From a virus (lineage: Duplodnaviria; Caudoviricetes): a stretch of DNA of 64,000 nt. Below, piece after piece: positions 9,675-19,160 of this stretch. The DNA is taken from positions 1,381 to 65,380 of the IMG/VR virus record IMGVR_UViG_3300021373_001027; one strand, 5' to 3'. Both the position numbers and the translations under genes were made by a program. How positions within the stretch are numbered: the first letter of the stretch is position 1; each line of letters starts with the position of its first letter. The notes beneath the pieces were generated by a model, which had not been told where the DNA came from, did not search any database, and worked only from the letters and a program-made list of their open reading frames with translations.

Positions 9675-12600
9675 TGTGTAAGCTTACTAACCATATCTTT
9701 AAGTTCTTCAATTTGTTCCTGTTGCTCTTTGATTGCTTCGATGAGTAGAGGTACAATTTTTTCGTATTGTACAGTTAAGTAATCTTCTCCAGATTTTGAC
9801 TCTTGTTTTCCATCTACATTTATTAAATCAAAAGGAGCGGGTGCAGTTGCTTGAGGAATGACAGCTTCTATTTCTTGGGCCAATACACCTATTTCATTAA
9901 CCATTATTGAAGGTTCAAATCCTAGAGATTTAACTTTTTCTTCTTTCCAGTCAAAAGTTACCCCGTTCAAGCTCATTACTTTATCTAAGGCATTAGGTAT
10001 ATTTACAATATTTTCCTTCAATCTTTTATCTGAAGAATATGCTGTGATATTACCAACCGCTAAATAGTCACCGTTGTTTTGCCAAGTATGCTTGATTGAA
10101 GTAGCCGTCCAACCACCCATCTTTAAGTGGTTATCAGTATCCAAACCAAAGTTAACTGCATAGGTTCCGACTCTATGAAAAGACATAACAGCCGGTTTAG
10201 TAGCGTCACCTCTAATAGAAATAGAACCTGCATCATTAGCACTAGTAAAAGTTGCAGTGGTACAAACTCTTCCAGTAAGCGCACCTGTAAGAGTCGCGCT
10301 AACAGTGCTAAGTGCACCTGCACCGGTCATACTCCAACTATTGCCTGAAATAGTGTTGCCTCTGCAACGTATGCTATCTCCGCTAGTATTACCTAGATAA
10401 GTATTAGTTGAGTACAGGTAGGTATTACCAGAACTAGCCTGAACATAAAAATCCGCAGTTGTAGCAATACGCCCCGACGCATCACTAAAGAAAGTGCCTC
10501 CATTGTTTATAAGAAACCTGTCTGCCTGAACCTCAGCAGTAGATGACTTAATCTTCACCGCAGCGCACGAAAAAGCTTGCGTAGTAGAGGTAGCCGTACC
10601 CCAGAGCACAGGGTAGGTCGCCGCATCAGCTCTGCCAAAAGAATGCGTTACCTTAGAGGCTGTCGCTGAGTTACCAGTACACGTTGCTGCTGTTGTGGCA
10701 GATGTTGCTGTTGTGGCAGTGTCAGCAAGAACCGCCGTAGCCGGTTTAACTAAGGATACGTCTGGTTGCCTAACGTATATTGTCCCTGCAAAACCTGACC
10801 AGTTTAAGATGACAAGAGAGTAGTAACCCGTGGCTGGGACTGTCCAACTACGTTCAAAGGTAGTCCAAGCAGAAGGCACAGCACCGTTTTCATACCAACC
10901 TGTATCTGACGTTGTATCTTCTTGTACAAAAGGTGAACCGTTTGTAGAGCTATTAGATACGTGCGTCTTTCCATCGGGTAAAACTGTGCCTGAGTAACCA
11001 TACAGTCTTAAATACAATCCATCAGCGTCAGCAGCGGAGCCCTTTAAAGTAACAGTCCATCTTACGGTAGCTCCCGCCTCTGCATACACAGCGCGATAAG
11101 CCCCTGCAAGAGCGGTATCTCCTTGATTTGACTTGATAGCGAGACACTTTTCTGTGTTATCCCAAGTTATAGCATTTTCAGCTATAGCAGCGCTGGCCGC
11201 ACCGTAGGTTCCTTCCCACCCCATACCTCTTGCTGTTGGCTGTAACCCTGTTGCGCCAATATTATCGGGGGTTAGAGTTCTAGTAGCGACAGTACCATTA
11301 GCATCTGTTACGTGACCTAACGTGTTTGTCGTAATATTAAAATCAAGGTCACTAATAACAGTTGCGCCAGTTAACGCACCTGTATCTATATTAATATCAT
11401 CGCCAGCAGCAACAGGGTGTACGTAGTTGTTTGCGTTAGTCGCGCCTGTATAACCAAGGTTAGCTAAGGTTAAGTTTCTAGTAGCGACAGTACCATTAGC
11501 ATCTGTTACGTGACCTAACGTGTTTGTCGTAATATTAAAATCAAGGTCACTAATAACAGTTGCGCCAGTTAACGCACCTGTATCTATATTAATATCATCG
11601 CCAGCAGCAACAGGGTGTACGTAGTTGTTGTACCCGTCTGGGTTGCTATCTGGATAGTACGCCGTAGAAGTAAAAGCATTAGAACCAAGTTCACGCGTTC
11701 CTACAACATTGGAACCGTTAATCATCAATGCTGTGGCTTCTGAAGCTTGTGCTGAAAGTCCTGAAAGAGTTACAGTACTGCCAAGAAGAATCGGCTTGCT
11801 AGTTGTAGTACTTGTTGAGGGATTTAACGTCAAAGTACTAGCCAATGTTCCAATAATTCCCGCACCTGAGTTGTAGAACTCATTGGCATCCATTGCCCAA
11901 CCGCTAGTGCCAGAGCCAAGGTGGAACGTTCCGTTAGCCCAAGTATTTCCCCCAATGGTGCCACTACCACCAAGAACAACGTTGTCCCACGTATCAATTA
12001 CTTGAGTAAGAGTACCTGCGTCTTGTTGAGTGAGCGTCAATGTATAATTAGAGCTAGTCCAGCCAACAGAGTTTATTTTGTCGTTATAGGCTGCGTTCCA
12101 GTTTGGGGCGTTTGTTCCAATATCTACACCGTCCACAGTGCCCGTTACAGTAATATTTCCAGTTACGTCCAAGCCTGCTTCAGCGTTTAGATTGACCTTG
12201 GCGTTTATCAGCAACGTTGACATATACATGACTTGAGTTAAGGCAACAGGAGTGTCTTGTATTGTACTGTTACTTATCTCAAAGCTGAGAGAGCCTGTAT
12301 TTGAATCCGTAGTAGCTTCTATGCGGCAAGCAGATTGCGTTACGCTTGTATTATCAGGCGTTCCGTTTCGGTGGTTAAACGTTAAGTTGGCATTACCATA
12401 ACCATCGTTAACGGTCATTGCTACGCCACCAGAGTTTTCACCAGACCCAAAATCACCGGTAGTTAAATAATCCCCAGTCCCCGCCGTTTTACTTGTTAGG
12501 TTGTTAAAAGCGTGAGTATGGCTGTCGTTAGCCACTACAATGGCGTTATAAGTACCACTTACGTCACCGCCAAATGCAGTAGATGTAGTTAGATAGCTAC

Positions 12601-13345
12601 CTGTAGGCTGTTTGCCATTAAGAGCGGTTTGCAGTCCATCTACGTTAGCAATTATATGATTATGGCTGTCGTCAGCTACTACAATGGCGTTATAAGTACC
12701 ACTTACGTCACCGCCAAATGCAGTAGATGTGGTTAGATAGTTACCCGTAGGCTGTTTGCCATTAAGAGCGGTTTGCAGTCCATCTACGTTAGCAATTATA
12801 TGATTATGGCTGTCGTCAGCTACTACAATGGCGTTATAAGCACCTGAAACGTCACCGCCAAATGCAGTAGATGTAGTTAGATAGCTACCTGTAGGCTGTT
12901 TGCCATTAAGAGCGGTTTGCAGTCCATCTACGTTAGCAATTATATGATTATGGCTGTCGTCAGCTACTACAATGGCGTTATAAGCACCTGAAACGTCACC
13001 GCCAAATGCAGTAGATGTAGTTAACCCATCTGTAATTAAAGCTTGCGCTTCATCAGCGGGGAGGTCTACAAACACATTTTTTACGCCACTGGCGAAATTA
13101 ACTAAGCTGCCTCCATTACTGGAAGCCTTAACTGTAGTGCGACTTAAGGTTGAGGCGTTGTACGTTCCAACTCCAACTTCCCACGCATTATTAAAGTTAT
13201 CAACAATAACGTAGAAAGTAGTGTCACCATTTGACAAAACTGAACCAAAGGTGACGAAATTTGCTGCCGCACCGGCTAGAGTAACCGCTCCCGTTCCGGT
13301 TGAGGTTGTGGTTTCCTGAACCCGATCCGCTAGAGCAAAAGGCAT
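9668..13345 (-). CDS. Long tail fibre with C-terminal peptidase S74 chaperone
   Basis: N-terminal LADRVQETTTSTGTG anchor; SSDKRLKENI...GVLAQEI...VQYEKIVPLLIEAIKEQ; internal tandem repeats. Confidence 0.85.
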   Translation of the reverse strand: MPFALADRVQETTTSTGTGAVTLAGAAANFVTFGSVLSNGDTTFYVIVDNFNNAWEVGVGTYNASTLSRTTVKASSNGGSLVNFASGVKNVFVDLPADEAQALITDGLTTSTAFGGDVSGAYNAIVVADDSHNHIIANVDGLQTALNGKQPTGSYLTTSTAFGGDVSGAYNAIVVADDSHNHIIANVDGLQTALNGKQPTGNYLTTSTAFGGDVSGTYNAIVVADDSHNHIIANVDGLQTALNGKQPTGSYLTTSTAFGGDVSGTYNAIVVANDSHTHAFNNLTSKTAGTGDYLTTGDFGSGENSGGVAMTVNDGYGNANLTFNHRNGTPDNTSVTQSACRIEATTDSNTGSLSFEISNSTIQDTPVALTQVMYMSTLLINAKVNLNAEAGLDVTGNITVTGTVDGVDIGTNAPNWNAAYNDKINSVGWTSSNYTLTLTQQDAGTLTQVIDTWDNVVLGGSGTIGGNTWANGTFHLGSGTSGWAMDANEFYNSGAGIIGTLASTLTLNPSTSTTTSKPILLGSTVTLSGLSAQASEATALMINGSNVVGTRELGSNAFTSTAYYPDSNPDGYNNYVHPVAAGDDINIDTGALTGATVISDLDFNITTNTLGHVTDANGTVATRNLTLANLGYTGATNANNYVHPVAAGDDINIDTGALTGATVISDLDFNITTNTLGHVTDANGTVATRTLTPDNIGATGLQPTARGMGWEGTYGAASAAIAENAITWDNTEKCLAIKSNQGDTALAGAYRAVYAEAGATVRWTVTLKGSAADADGLYLRLYGYSGTVLPDGKTHVSNSSTNGSPFVQEDTTSDTGWYENGAVPSAWTTFERSWTVPATGYYSLVILNWSGFAGTIYVRQPDVSLVKPATAVLADTATTATSATTAATCTGNSATASKVTHSFGRADAATYPVLWGTATSTTQAFSCAAVKIKSSTAEVQADRFLINNGGTFFSDASGRIATTADFYVQASSGNTYLYSTNTYLGNTSGDSIRCRGNTISGNSWSMTGAGALSTVSATLTGALTGRVCTTATFTSANDAGSISIRGDATKPAVMSFHRVGTYAVNFGLDTDNHLKMGGWTATSIKHTWQNNGDYLAVGNITAYSSDKRLKENIVNIPNALDKVMSLNGVTFDWKEEKVKSLGFEPSIMVNEIGVLAQEIEAVIPQATAPAPFDLINVDGKQESKSGEDYLTVQYEKIVPLLIEAIKEQQEQIEELKDMVSKLTQC
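11278..11629. repeat. Two near-identical copies (198-bp period) inside the long tail fibre
   Basis: NNYVHPVAAGDDINIDTGALTGATVISDLDFNITTNTLGHVTDANGTVATR twice; DNA essentially identical. Confidence 0.9.
12517..13023. repeat. 144-bp tandem repeat, ~3.5 copies, inside the long tail fibre
   Basis: 48-aa unit TTSTAFGGDVSG[AT]YNAIVVADDSHNHIIANVDGLQTALNGKQPTG[SN]YL. Confidence 0.92.
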
Positions 13346-13764
13346 TAAACTATCCTAATAATGGCGCTGGCAGCGTCCCCTGTGGGCAATTGAACTGAAA
13401 AATCGCCTGTGGTTGAAGTTTTATCTTCGCCAAAGTTTAAAACAGCAACGGCACGGTTAGCTTTACTAGAGTTATAAATCAATGCGCCCCTTGCCGTAAG
13501 ACTTACGTTGCTAAAAACAACATCATCGAAGTCAATAAACGCTGTGTTTCCAGTTAACGAAATAACAACATTGGTTATATTGTTACCCCCAGCGGTGTAA
13601 TTTGTGCCTGAAGTCTCGCCGCTAGTTATATAGACAGTAGTGGTAGAACTTAATGATGCACTATCAAGGTAAAGCGCCATTTTAAGCTGGTCTGTGTCAA
13701 GATCGTGAATGCCACCAAACAACTCTTGTTTAAACGACGCACACATGGATTGTACTATTGCCAT
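13345..13764 (-). CDS. Conserved virion structural protein
   Basis: MAIVQSMCASFKQEL...ARGALIYN...VLNFG pattern; TAATG-coupled to fibre gene. Confidence 0.6.
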   Translation of the reverse strand: MAIVQSMCASFKQELFGGIHDLDTDQLKMALYLDSASLSSTTTVYITSGETSGTNYTAGGNNITNVVISLTGNTAFIDFDDVVFSNVSLTARGALIYNSSKANRAVAVLNFGEDKTSTTGDFSVQLPTGDAASAIIRIV

Positions 13765-13776
13765 TACAGCCCCCTA

Positions 13777-14406
13777 TTAGACAATGCTTGCTACGGTTTC
13801 ACCAAAACGATAAGTGTCCTGCCGTAGCTTACCATCACCTAAAGATTTTAGCATCAAAACTGATTGATCACGCATTTGCTGATACATAGCAACTGTATCG
13901 GGGTCAGATTTCATAAACCTAGCAGCTTCCACAAGACAACAATTAAGCAGGGCATTATCAAAGTTATCGCCAATCCAAGATGTACCTGCCGTTACAATGG
14001 AAGCGGGCCTATAGCCGTAATGAAGCTCCACTGAATAGTTAGAATCGGGAGTGGGGCCAACAATAAGAGAATCTTCGTCAAAAATGCCGTAATGCTTAGG
14101 AACTCCCACGCTAGTTGCATTCGGGTAAGCCTCTCTTATAAAGTTAACGTCTTTAAACAACAAAAAATTAGTATCACCCGACCCGTTTATCACTGAGACG
14201 CTATACAAATATAGAAAATCAGTAGGAAGGGACAAATACGAGTTATTTTGCGTTAAATTACCTAACTGATTTTTACGTAAAGCGGGAATCTGTACAGATT
14301 CGTGCAGAAATTGCTCAGACTGTTGTGTAAACAACGCCAACTGAGCAGCGGTATACGTGTTTTCAGTAATATCTTGAATATTATCAATCAGTTCGGAATA
14401 ATTCAT
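13777..14406 (-). CDS. Head-tail adaptor-like virion protein
   Basis: MNYSEL...GVPKHY...GPTPDSNY.VELHY pattern; structural-module position. Confidence 0.55.
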   Translation of the reverse strand: MNYSELIDNIQDITENTYTAAQLALFTQQSEQFLHESVQIPALRKNQLGNLTQNNSYLSLPTDFLYLYSVSVINGSGDTNFLLFKDVNFIREAYPNATSVGVPKHYGIFDEDSLIVGPTPDSNYSVELHYGYRPASIVTAGTSWIGDNFDNALLNCCLVEAARFMKSDPDTVAMYQQMRDQSVLMLKSLGDGKLRQDTYRFGETVASIV

Positions 14407-14415
14407 AAGAATACC

Positions 14416-14553
14416 TTATGCCATTGGCCCACGGCATGTTTTTCCTCGTTTAGCAGCGCCAGCGCCACGCATTACTACGCCACCTGTCTTCATTTTTTTA
14501 CATGAACACTTGCTACTTCCACAATGGGAACACTTTTTAGACGACTTTTTCAT
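14416..14553 (-). CDS. Small basic protein (45 aa, below cutoff)
   Basis: MKKSSKKCSHCGSSKCSCKKMKTGGVVMRGAGAAKRGKTCRGPMA; fills the intergenic gap. Confidence 0.6.
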   Translation of the reverse strand: MKKSSKKCSHCGSSKCSCKKMKTGGVVMRGAGAAKRGKTCRGPMA

Positions 14554-14560
14554 AATATAC

Positions 14561-14878
14561 CTATGTTGTTTGCACTGTTACTGAGTTTAAAAACATTGCC
14601 GTTGCTATTTTATTACTGTTAACAACAATAATATGCGCTCGACTTGCCGCGTAACCTGCATAGTCGGGCCTTGGGTCACGAATAGCTTGCGGATCGTAGA
14701 TTGGTGTTTCCCCCAAATGACGCTGAGGGTGATCTTTCTCCCAGCACTCGCTACAAACCTTGGTATTTGTGTCTTTACCTTTTATAACTAGCTTTCTTAA
14801 GTCTTTTAGCTTGTAACGAAAGCCGCAACGATCACATTCAGCTAACGCTCGCTTAGTCGAAGCGTAAATTTTACCCAC
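14561..14878 (-). CDS. Zinc-finger protein
   Basis: CDRCG and CSECWE pairs. Confidence 0.65.
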   Translation of the reverse strand: MGKIYASTKRALAECDRCGFRYKLKDLRKLVIKGKDTNTKVCSECWEKDHPQRHLGETPIYDPQAIRDPRPDYAGYAASRAHIIVVNSNKIATAMFLNSVTVQTT

Positions 14879-15545
14879 GAGCAGGAACCAACCTAAAGGT
14901 AGCCTTCTCTCTGTCTTGTTCCGCTGCTAGTTGAAACTGTTTTTCGTACTCAGCTTGAAGCATTTGACTGCGTGGAAACAAATCAGGGTCTTTCATACTA
15001 ATGTAATAGGCTAAACCAGAAACAAGTGCCGGGAGAAATCTAAAGTTTGCGTCAGCAGTCTCAACGCCACTGCCAGAATCTTCAATCCTACGTAGATACC
15101 AGTATGCGAAGGTATAAGAATCGTCGTTTGGAATAGGCCATACCACTATTTTAGGGTTATCACGAAGGCGACGAACCCATAATTGAATAGGGCGACCCTC
15201 TACATTCTTATTCGGAATGGAAGCGTAGCTGCTAGCGCTGATTCTATTGATAGTTACGTCACTTTGATTCTGTCCAGAGCCTCGTCGCACAACATGATCC
15301 ATTACGTCAATAACATCAGCAGCGAGATCATATTCTGCTACCCCTGACGTTAGCGCTAATGTGCCAGAATCAATAGTCCACATATTGATTCCACGGTTCT
15401 GCCACTCAATAGTCATCAAATTCATAGAACGACGAGCGGTTTTCAAGTCATATCCGCTACGCATAGCGCGACCCGCACGTTCCCAAGCCTCTTCAGCTAT
15501 CTCCGTGAAGTCTAAGTTAAACGCCGTTGTTCCAGAAGTAGCCAT
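14871..15545 (-). CDS. Head-tail adaptor / tail tubular protein A-like
   Basis: MATSGTTAFNLD...ARRSMNL...EWQNRG...VWPIP...RFLPALVSGLAY pattern. Confidence 0.6.
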   Translation of the reverse strand: MATSGTTAFNLDFTEIAEEAWERAGRAMRSGYDLKTARRSMNLMTIEWQNRGINMWTIDSGTLALTSGVAEYDLAADVIDVMDHVVRRGSGQNQSDVTINRISASSYASIPNKNVEGRPIQLWVRRLRDNPKIVVWPIPNDDSYTFAYWYLRRIEDSGSGVETADANFRFLPALVSGLAYYISMKDPDLFPRSQMLQAEYEKQFQLAAEQDREKATFRLVPARG

Positions 15546-15546
15546 A

Positions 15547-15948
15547 TCAACGTCCCATTAGCTTTCGCATGAGCATTCTTTTGTGTTGAGGACTCATTCC
15601 AGCAACACGACCTCCATTGCTGTAACCGCGTTTTTGAGGCGGCTTAGCTGCGGCTTCACGCATTTGCTTATCCATTAACTGCTGCTTAAGTTGAGCCTTA
15701 AGACTTTGTATTTCTTTGGGAGACATTGTTGCTGAATTGTTATTACGCAACTGTGCCTCGCCAGCAGTTTTAGCCTTTGCATTCTGGGAACGCTGCTGTT
15801 TCATTGCTTGCATTACTTCAGGGGAAGGCTTAGCGGGCCTAGCGCCCACATCGGTTTCCCCTCCGCGTTGATAGCGCTTAACCCCGCCACCGCGAGACAT
15901 ACGGTAACCTTTGCTAGCTGGTTTTTTACCACAACCTGATTTCTTCAT
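15547..15948 (-). CDS. Basic K/Q-rich protein
   Basis: ORF in late operon; three xxGG motifs. Confidence 0.55.
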   Translation of the reverse strand: MKKSGCGKKPASKGYRMSRGGGVKRYQRGGETDVGARPAKPSPEVMQAMKQQRSQNAKAKTAGEAQLRNNNSATMSPKEIQSLKAQLKQQLMDKQMREAAAKPPQKRGYSNGGRVAGMSPQHKRMLMRKLMGR

Positions 15949-16229
15949 GTCTTCTTCCTTTTCCGCTTTAGCGGTTTAACACGTTTAGGCTTACCGGCGG
16001 GTTGCCCAAGCTTGTTCTTCTGGGCAATTCTACTTTTTTTCTCACTAGAAGTCATCTCAGAAGATGTTTTGGGCGTCTTTGACGATACTCTTTTGGAAGG
16101 TCTACAGTAAGGCGTGCTGCGGCCATCGCCTTTTTTACGGCCACATGACTTTCCAGTTTTAACGTCCTTCCAGTCTTCTTTAAACCACCGTTTCAGGGCT
16201 GCTCCCTTTTCGGTCTTTCTCACAGCCAT
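15945..16229 (-). CDS. Highly basic protein (LKRWFKEDW family)
   Basis: Start re-called at MAVRKTEKG (TAATG coupling); LKRWFKEDWKDV...CGR...PYCRP. Confidence 0.65.
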   Translation of the reverse strand: MAVRKTEKGAALKRWFKEDWKDVKTGKSCGRKKGDGRSTPYCRPSKRVSSKTPKTSSEMTSSEKKSRIAQKNKLGQPAGKPKRVKPLKRKRKKT

Positions 16230-16372
16230 TACTTTTTCCCTTTGCCTTTCGCCTTTCGGCACTTTGCAATAGCACCTGACGCATAAGCGGAAGGGAACAC
16301 CTTGTAATTCGCTTTGACCTTTTTATAACAGGCATCTTTAACAGTACCACCTTTTTTGTAATACCTTTTCAT
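16229..16372 (-). CDS. Small basic protein (47 aa, below cutoff)
   Basis: MKRYYKKGGTVKDACYKKVKANYKVFPSAYASGAIAKCRKAKGKGKK; TAATG overlaps at both ends. Confidence 0.7.
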   Translation of the reverse strand: MKRYYKKGGTVKDACYKKVKANYKVFPSAYASGAIAKCRKAKGKGKK

Positions 16373-16665
16373 TAGCATTTCCACCTTTTTCTAGCCTGTC
16401 TCAAACGAGAATTAGGGTCTTTAGCGGCCTTGGGAAACTGTTTCATCTGCCCCGCAGACCTAGCACAGTATGACTTTCGGCGCTTTGCGTCCTTGCTTCC
16501 TGCTTTTACCTTACCAGTAACAGCGGTCTTTAGCTTAGAGCCGGGATTTGCTTTTCGATGGGCAGCTACGCCCTTTTTAGTCATTCCTGCGCCTGCTTTG
16601 GTTTTACGGTAGTTCCCGCCCTTGCCAGTGGTTTTAGCTATAGGTTTGTCTTTCTTACTAGCCAT
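16372..16665 (-). CDS. Highly basic protein (RRKSYCARS...RWKC family)
   Basis: K/R-rich; NPGSKLKTAV and KDPNSRL...RWKC motifs. Confidence 0.7.
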   Translation of the reverse strand: MASKKDKPIAKTTGKGGNYRKTKAGAGMTKKGVAAHRKANPGSKLKTAVTGKVKAGSKDAKRRKSYCARSAGQMKQFPKAAKDPNSRLRQARKRWKC

Positions 16666-16667
16666 GA

Positions 16668-17156
16668 TTAATCCTTAAGAGCTATAAACTGCTCAAGAGT
16701 TAAAGCATTCACTGCCGCCGCTATTGTTTCAGGAGAGCCACTTAAAACATTTTCTGTGGTTGTCACCGTGTTGACCAGAGCCGCTACTTGCGCTGGGAAT
16801 ACTGGAGAGTTATCTGCTACAAAGTAAAACGGAGTAGAGAAATCGTCTGAGAACAACACCCCCGCTACAGCAACAACGCGAGGGTCGTACAGTAACTTCC
16901 AGCCGTTTATTAAGAAGTAGCTATCGCCTGTAAAACCACCGGGAATTACGTCAAGCCCCGTAAAACGCATAGCGGGTAGGTAAGCGCGGTTTTCTTCGCG
17001 CTCAAACCAACGAACCCAAGCGGAGTACAGTTCATCTCTAATATCTAACGTAGTTACATCAGAGTTTACTGTAATTTCCTTAGTACGCCCGTTGAAGTTA
17101 ACTTTATCGCCGTCAAGCCATTCTTCACCGTGCGCTGTCCATACCAATAACGCCAT
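16668..17156 (-). CDS. Hypothetical virion protein
   Basis: 162 aa ORF, co-directional in late operon. Confidence 0.55.
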   Translation of the reverse strand: MALLVWTAHGEEWLDGDKVNFNGRTKEITVNSDVTTLDIRDELYSAWVRWFEREENRAYLPAMRFTGLDVIPGGFTGDSYFLINGWKLLYDPRVVAVAGVLFSDDFSTPFYFVADNSPVFPAQVAALVNTVTTTENVLSGSPETIAAAVNALTLEQFIALKD

Positions 17157-17165
17157 GTGTTATTC

Positions 17166-19148
17166 CTACTGGAGTATTTCTTTCCAGTTAACGACCACCA
17201 TGATTTTTGCACTAGGGTAATAGGCAGTTCTTGTCTTGGCAAAGAAGCTCCAGACGACCCTAGAGCCTTGGAACCCTGTAATGTTGCCACCATTGGCAGC
17301 GCCTAAAGATATAGGGGTGGTCAGTCCAGCGTCGGAGTAAAGCTCTGCGCTGTTGACGCTAATCGGCTTAGCATAAACAACCAGATCATCGTAGCTTGCG
17401 TTGTCAGTTCCTGTGATCGTGTAACCCCCAGCATTGAACGGGAATGTTACCGTCATAGGCTCCCTGACATTGATTCTGGCGGTTGTGGTCATTACTGCGG
17501 GCGATGCCGCAGAGATTGTCGCTATCGTGTTCTCAACCGTGCCGCCGTCATCAGGAAAGTTTTTGACCGCGCCGTACTGAAAGTTATTAAACGTATCAGT
17601 CAGTATGCTATCAAAGCGCCCTTTAAACATATCTTGCAGAATAATTTTGCCGCCTTCAAAACTTGTTCCAGCAGTTGATATTTCTACGTTGGTTGACGCT
17701 ATTGGAGTAAATACATTGCTGTTATCAACAGAGTTAATCTCCATTTTCAGGTCAACGATTGCGTCAGCCGCATCAAATTGTCCTACAGCCGCTCCAGTAT
17801 CATTAAACGCGTAAGCGCTGATAGAGGTTGGAACATATAGCGTGTGGTTAACCTCTCCATTGGCGTGAAGCTCTCTGGGCGACAAGGCAAACAGTCGTTG
17901 CCAGTTATCTGATACGTTTGCTGTAACCGAGGTATGTGGTGAAGCGTAAGTGGCGGGTGAACCGTAAGCTCTCAGGTCTATGTTACTTTCTGTCCATATT
18001 GCTGCTGACCATGTTTCAATATAGAGATTGCTTCCTGATAAAGCCGTAGATTTGTTTGAAAAACAGGCGGGTAACGAGGCTGTCTGACTCATTGCCTGTG
18101 CGTATTCATTGCCTTGGTAGTAGCTGTGGCAGACAACTCGTTGTCCGTCCTCATACACACCAAAACGAACTCGGCCAGCACCATGCCACTGTATGTCAAT
18201 CCACCACAAGTTTACCTTTGACAAGTCAAGAACAACCTGACTGTCTCCAGTGCCGTCTAGCTTGTCACCGTTCCAGTCTGCGCGAGGAACAATCGTGTCT
18301 TTCTGCGGTGCAGATGGAATACTGGATCGAACCACAACAGACAGACCTGTGGCGTCAACGGCGTCTACCCCGCCCGTACCCACCCGAAACATAAACCCGT
18401 TATTGGCGTCAAACAAGCCCCACTGTCGAGTGTTGCCCGTAGTCACAGGGGAGTTAAGTAGTGCGGTTCCCGCCCACAGATGGCTTGAGCCAGCTACGTA
18501 GTGGTGATACTGATTCGATGATGATGAGGCAAATCCGTTTGTGGGATCAACTGTGTTGTCCACGCCAATCTTTACTGAGTGTCGAGTGTTACTGTAGGTG
18601 GCGTATCCTCCAGACAGCTTTACAGGTGAAAAGTTATCTGTAAAAACTGCTTCCTGACCAAACACGTAGTCGCCTAGCTGTGTGCCGCCACTGACGCGCA
18701 ACTTGCCCCATGCATCTAACTGAGGAAGCCCTTCTGCAAAACGCATGTTTGCAGAACCAGTAATATCAACATCAAGGCCGTACTCAGGGTTGTCAAACCC
18801 CATAATGTTGTTAGCTTGGTGGTAAAGGTCTTTTATGTCGGCAGTAGTGGTTGCGACTGTAGCCCCACTTGAGTCTTTGATACTTTGTCCAGCTATGGGG
18901 GAAATTTCGTTATACCTGTCGGCGTTACTGTAGTGAACGCTTATTGCGCCTTGGGAGTTAGACCCTTGAACGCCGTGCACATGGACGCTCATAGTGGGGC
19001 CACCATTTCCCTCTATGGTATACATGCTTCCAATTGACCAAGACGCTGGGCCACCGGTAAACCCCACTTCGGCAGTGTGGGTCATAGCTATTCGATCACC
19101 CCCCGCACGCGGGGGGACTTGAGTAAACTTCCTATCGTTGACTGCCAT
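17166..19148 (-). CDS. Virion structural protein (lectin-like beta domain)
   Basis: 660 aa; DWNGDKLDGTG...IDIQWHGAGRVRFG pattern seen in phage structural proteins. Confidence 0.55.
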   Translation of the reverse strand: MAVNDRKFTQVPPRAGGDRIAMTHTAEVGFTGGPASWSIGSMYTIEGNGGPTMSVHVHGVQGSNSQGAISVHYSNADRYNEISPIAGQSIKDSSGATVATTTADIKDLYHQANNIMGFDNPEYGLDVDITGSANMRFAEGLPQLDAWGKLRVSGGTQLGDYVFGQEAVFTDNFSPVKLSGGYATYSNTRHSVKIGVDNTVDPTNGFASSSSNQYHHYVAGSSHLWAGTALLNSPVTTGNTRQWGLFDANNGFMFRVGTGGVDAVDATGLSVVVRSSIPSAPQKDTIVPRADWNGDKLDGTGDSQVVLDLSKVNLWWIDIQWHGAGRVRFGVYEDGQRVVCHSYYQGNEYAQAMSQTASLPACFSNKSTALSGSNLYIETWSAAIWTESNIDLRAYGSPATYASPHTSVTANVSDNWQRLFALSPRELHANGEVNHTLYVPTSISAYAFNDTGAAVGQFDAADAIVDLKMEINSVDNSNVFTPIASTNVEISTAGTSFEGGKIILQDMFKGRFDSILTDTFNNFQYGAVKNFPDDGGTVENTIATISAASPAVMTTTARINVREPMTVTFPFNAGGYTITGTDNASYDDLVVYAKPISVNSAELYSDAGLTTPISLGAANGGNITGFQGSRVVWSFFAKTRTAYYPSAKIMVVVNWKEILQ

Positions 19149-19160
19149 TATTAGCTCCTA

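Noticed and set aside
11278-13023. Diversity-generating retroelement template/variable repeats
   Set aside because: Repeats are tandem and in-frame, differences are not adenine-specific, and no reverse transcriptase is present.
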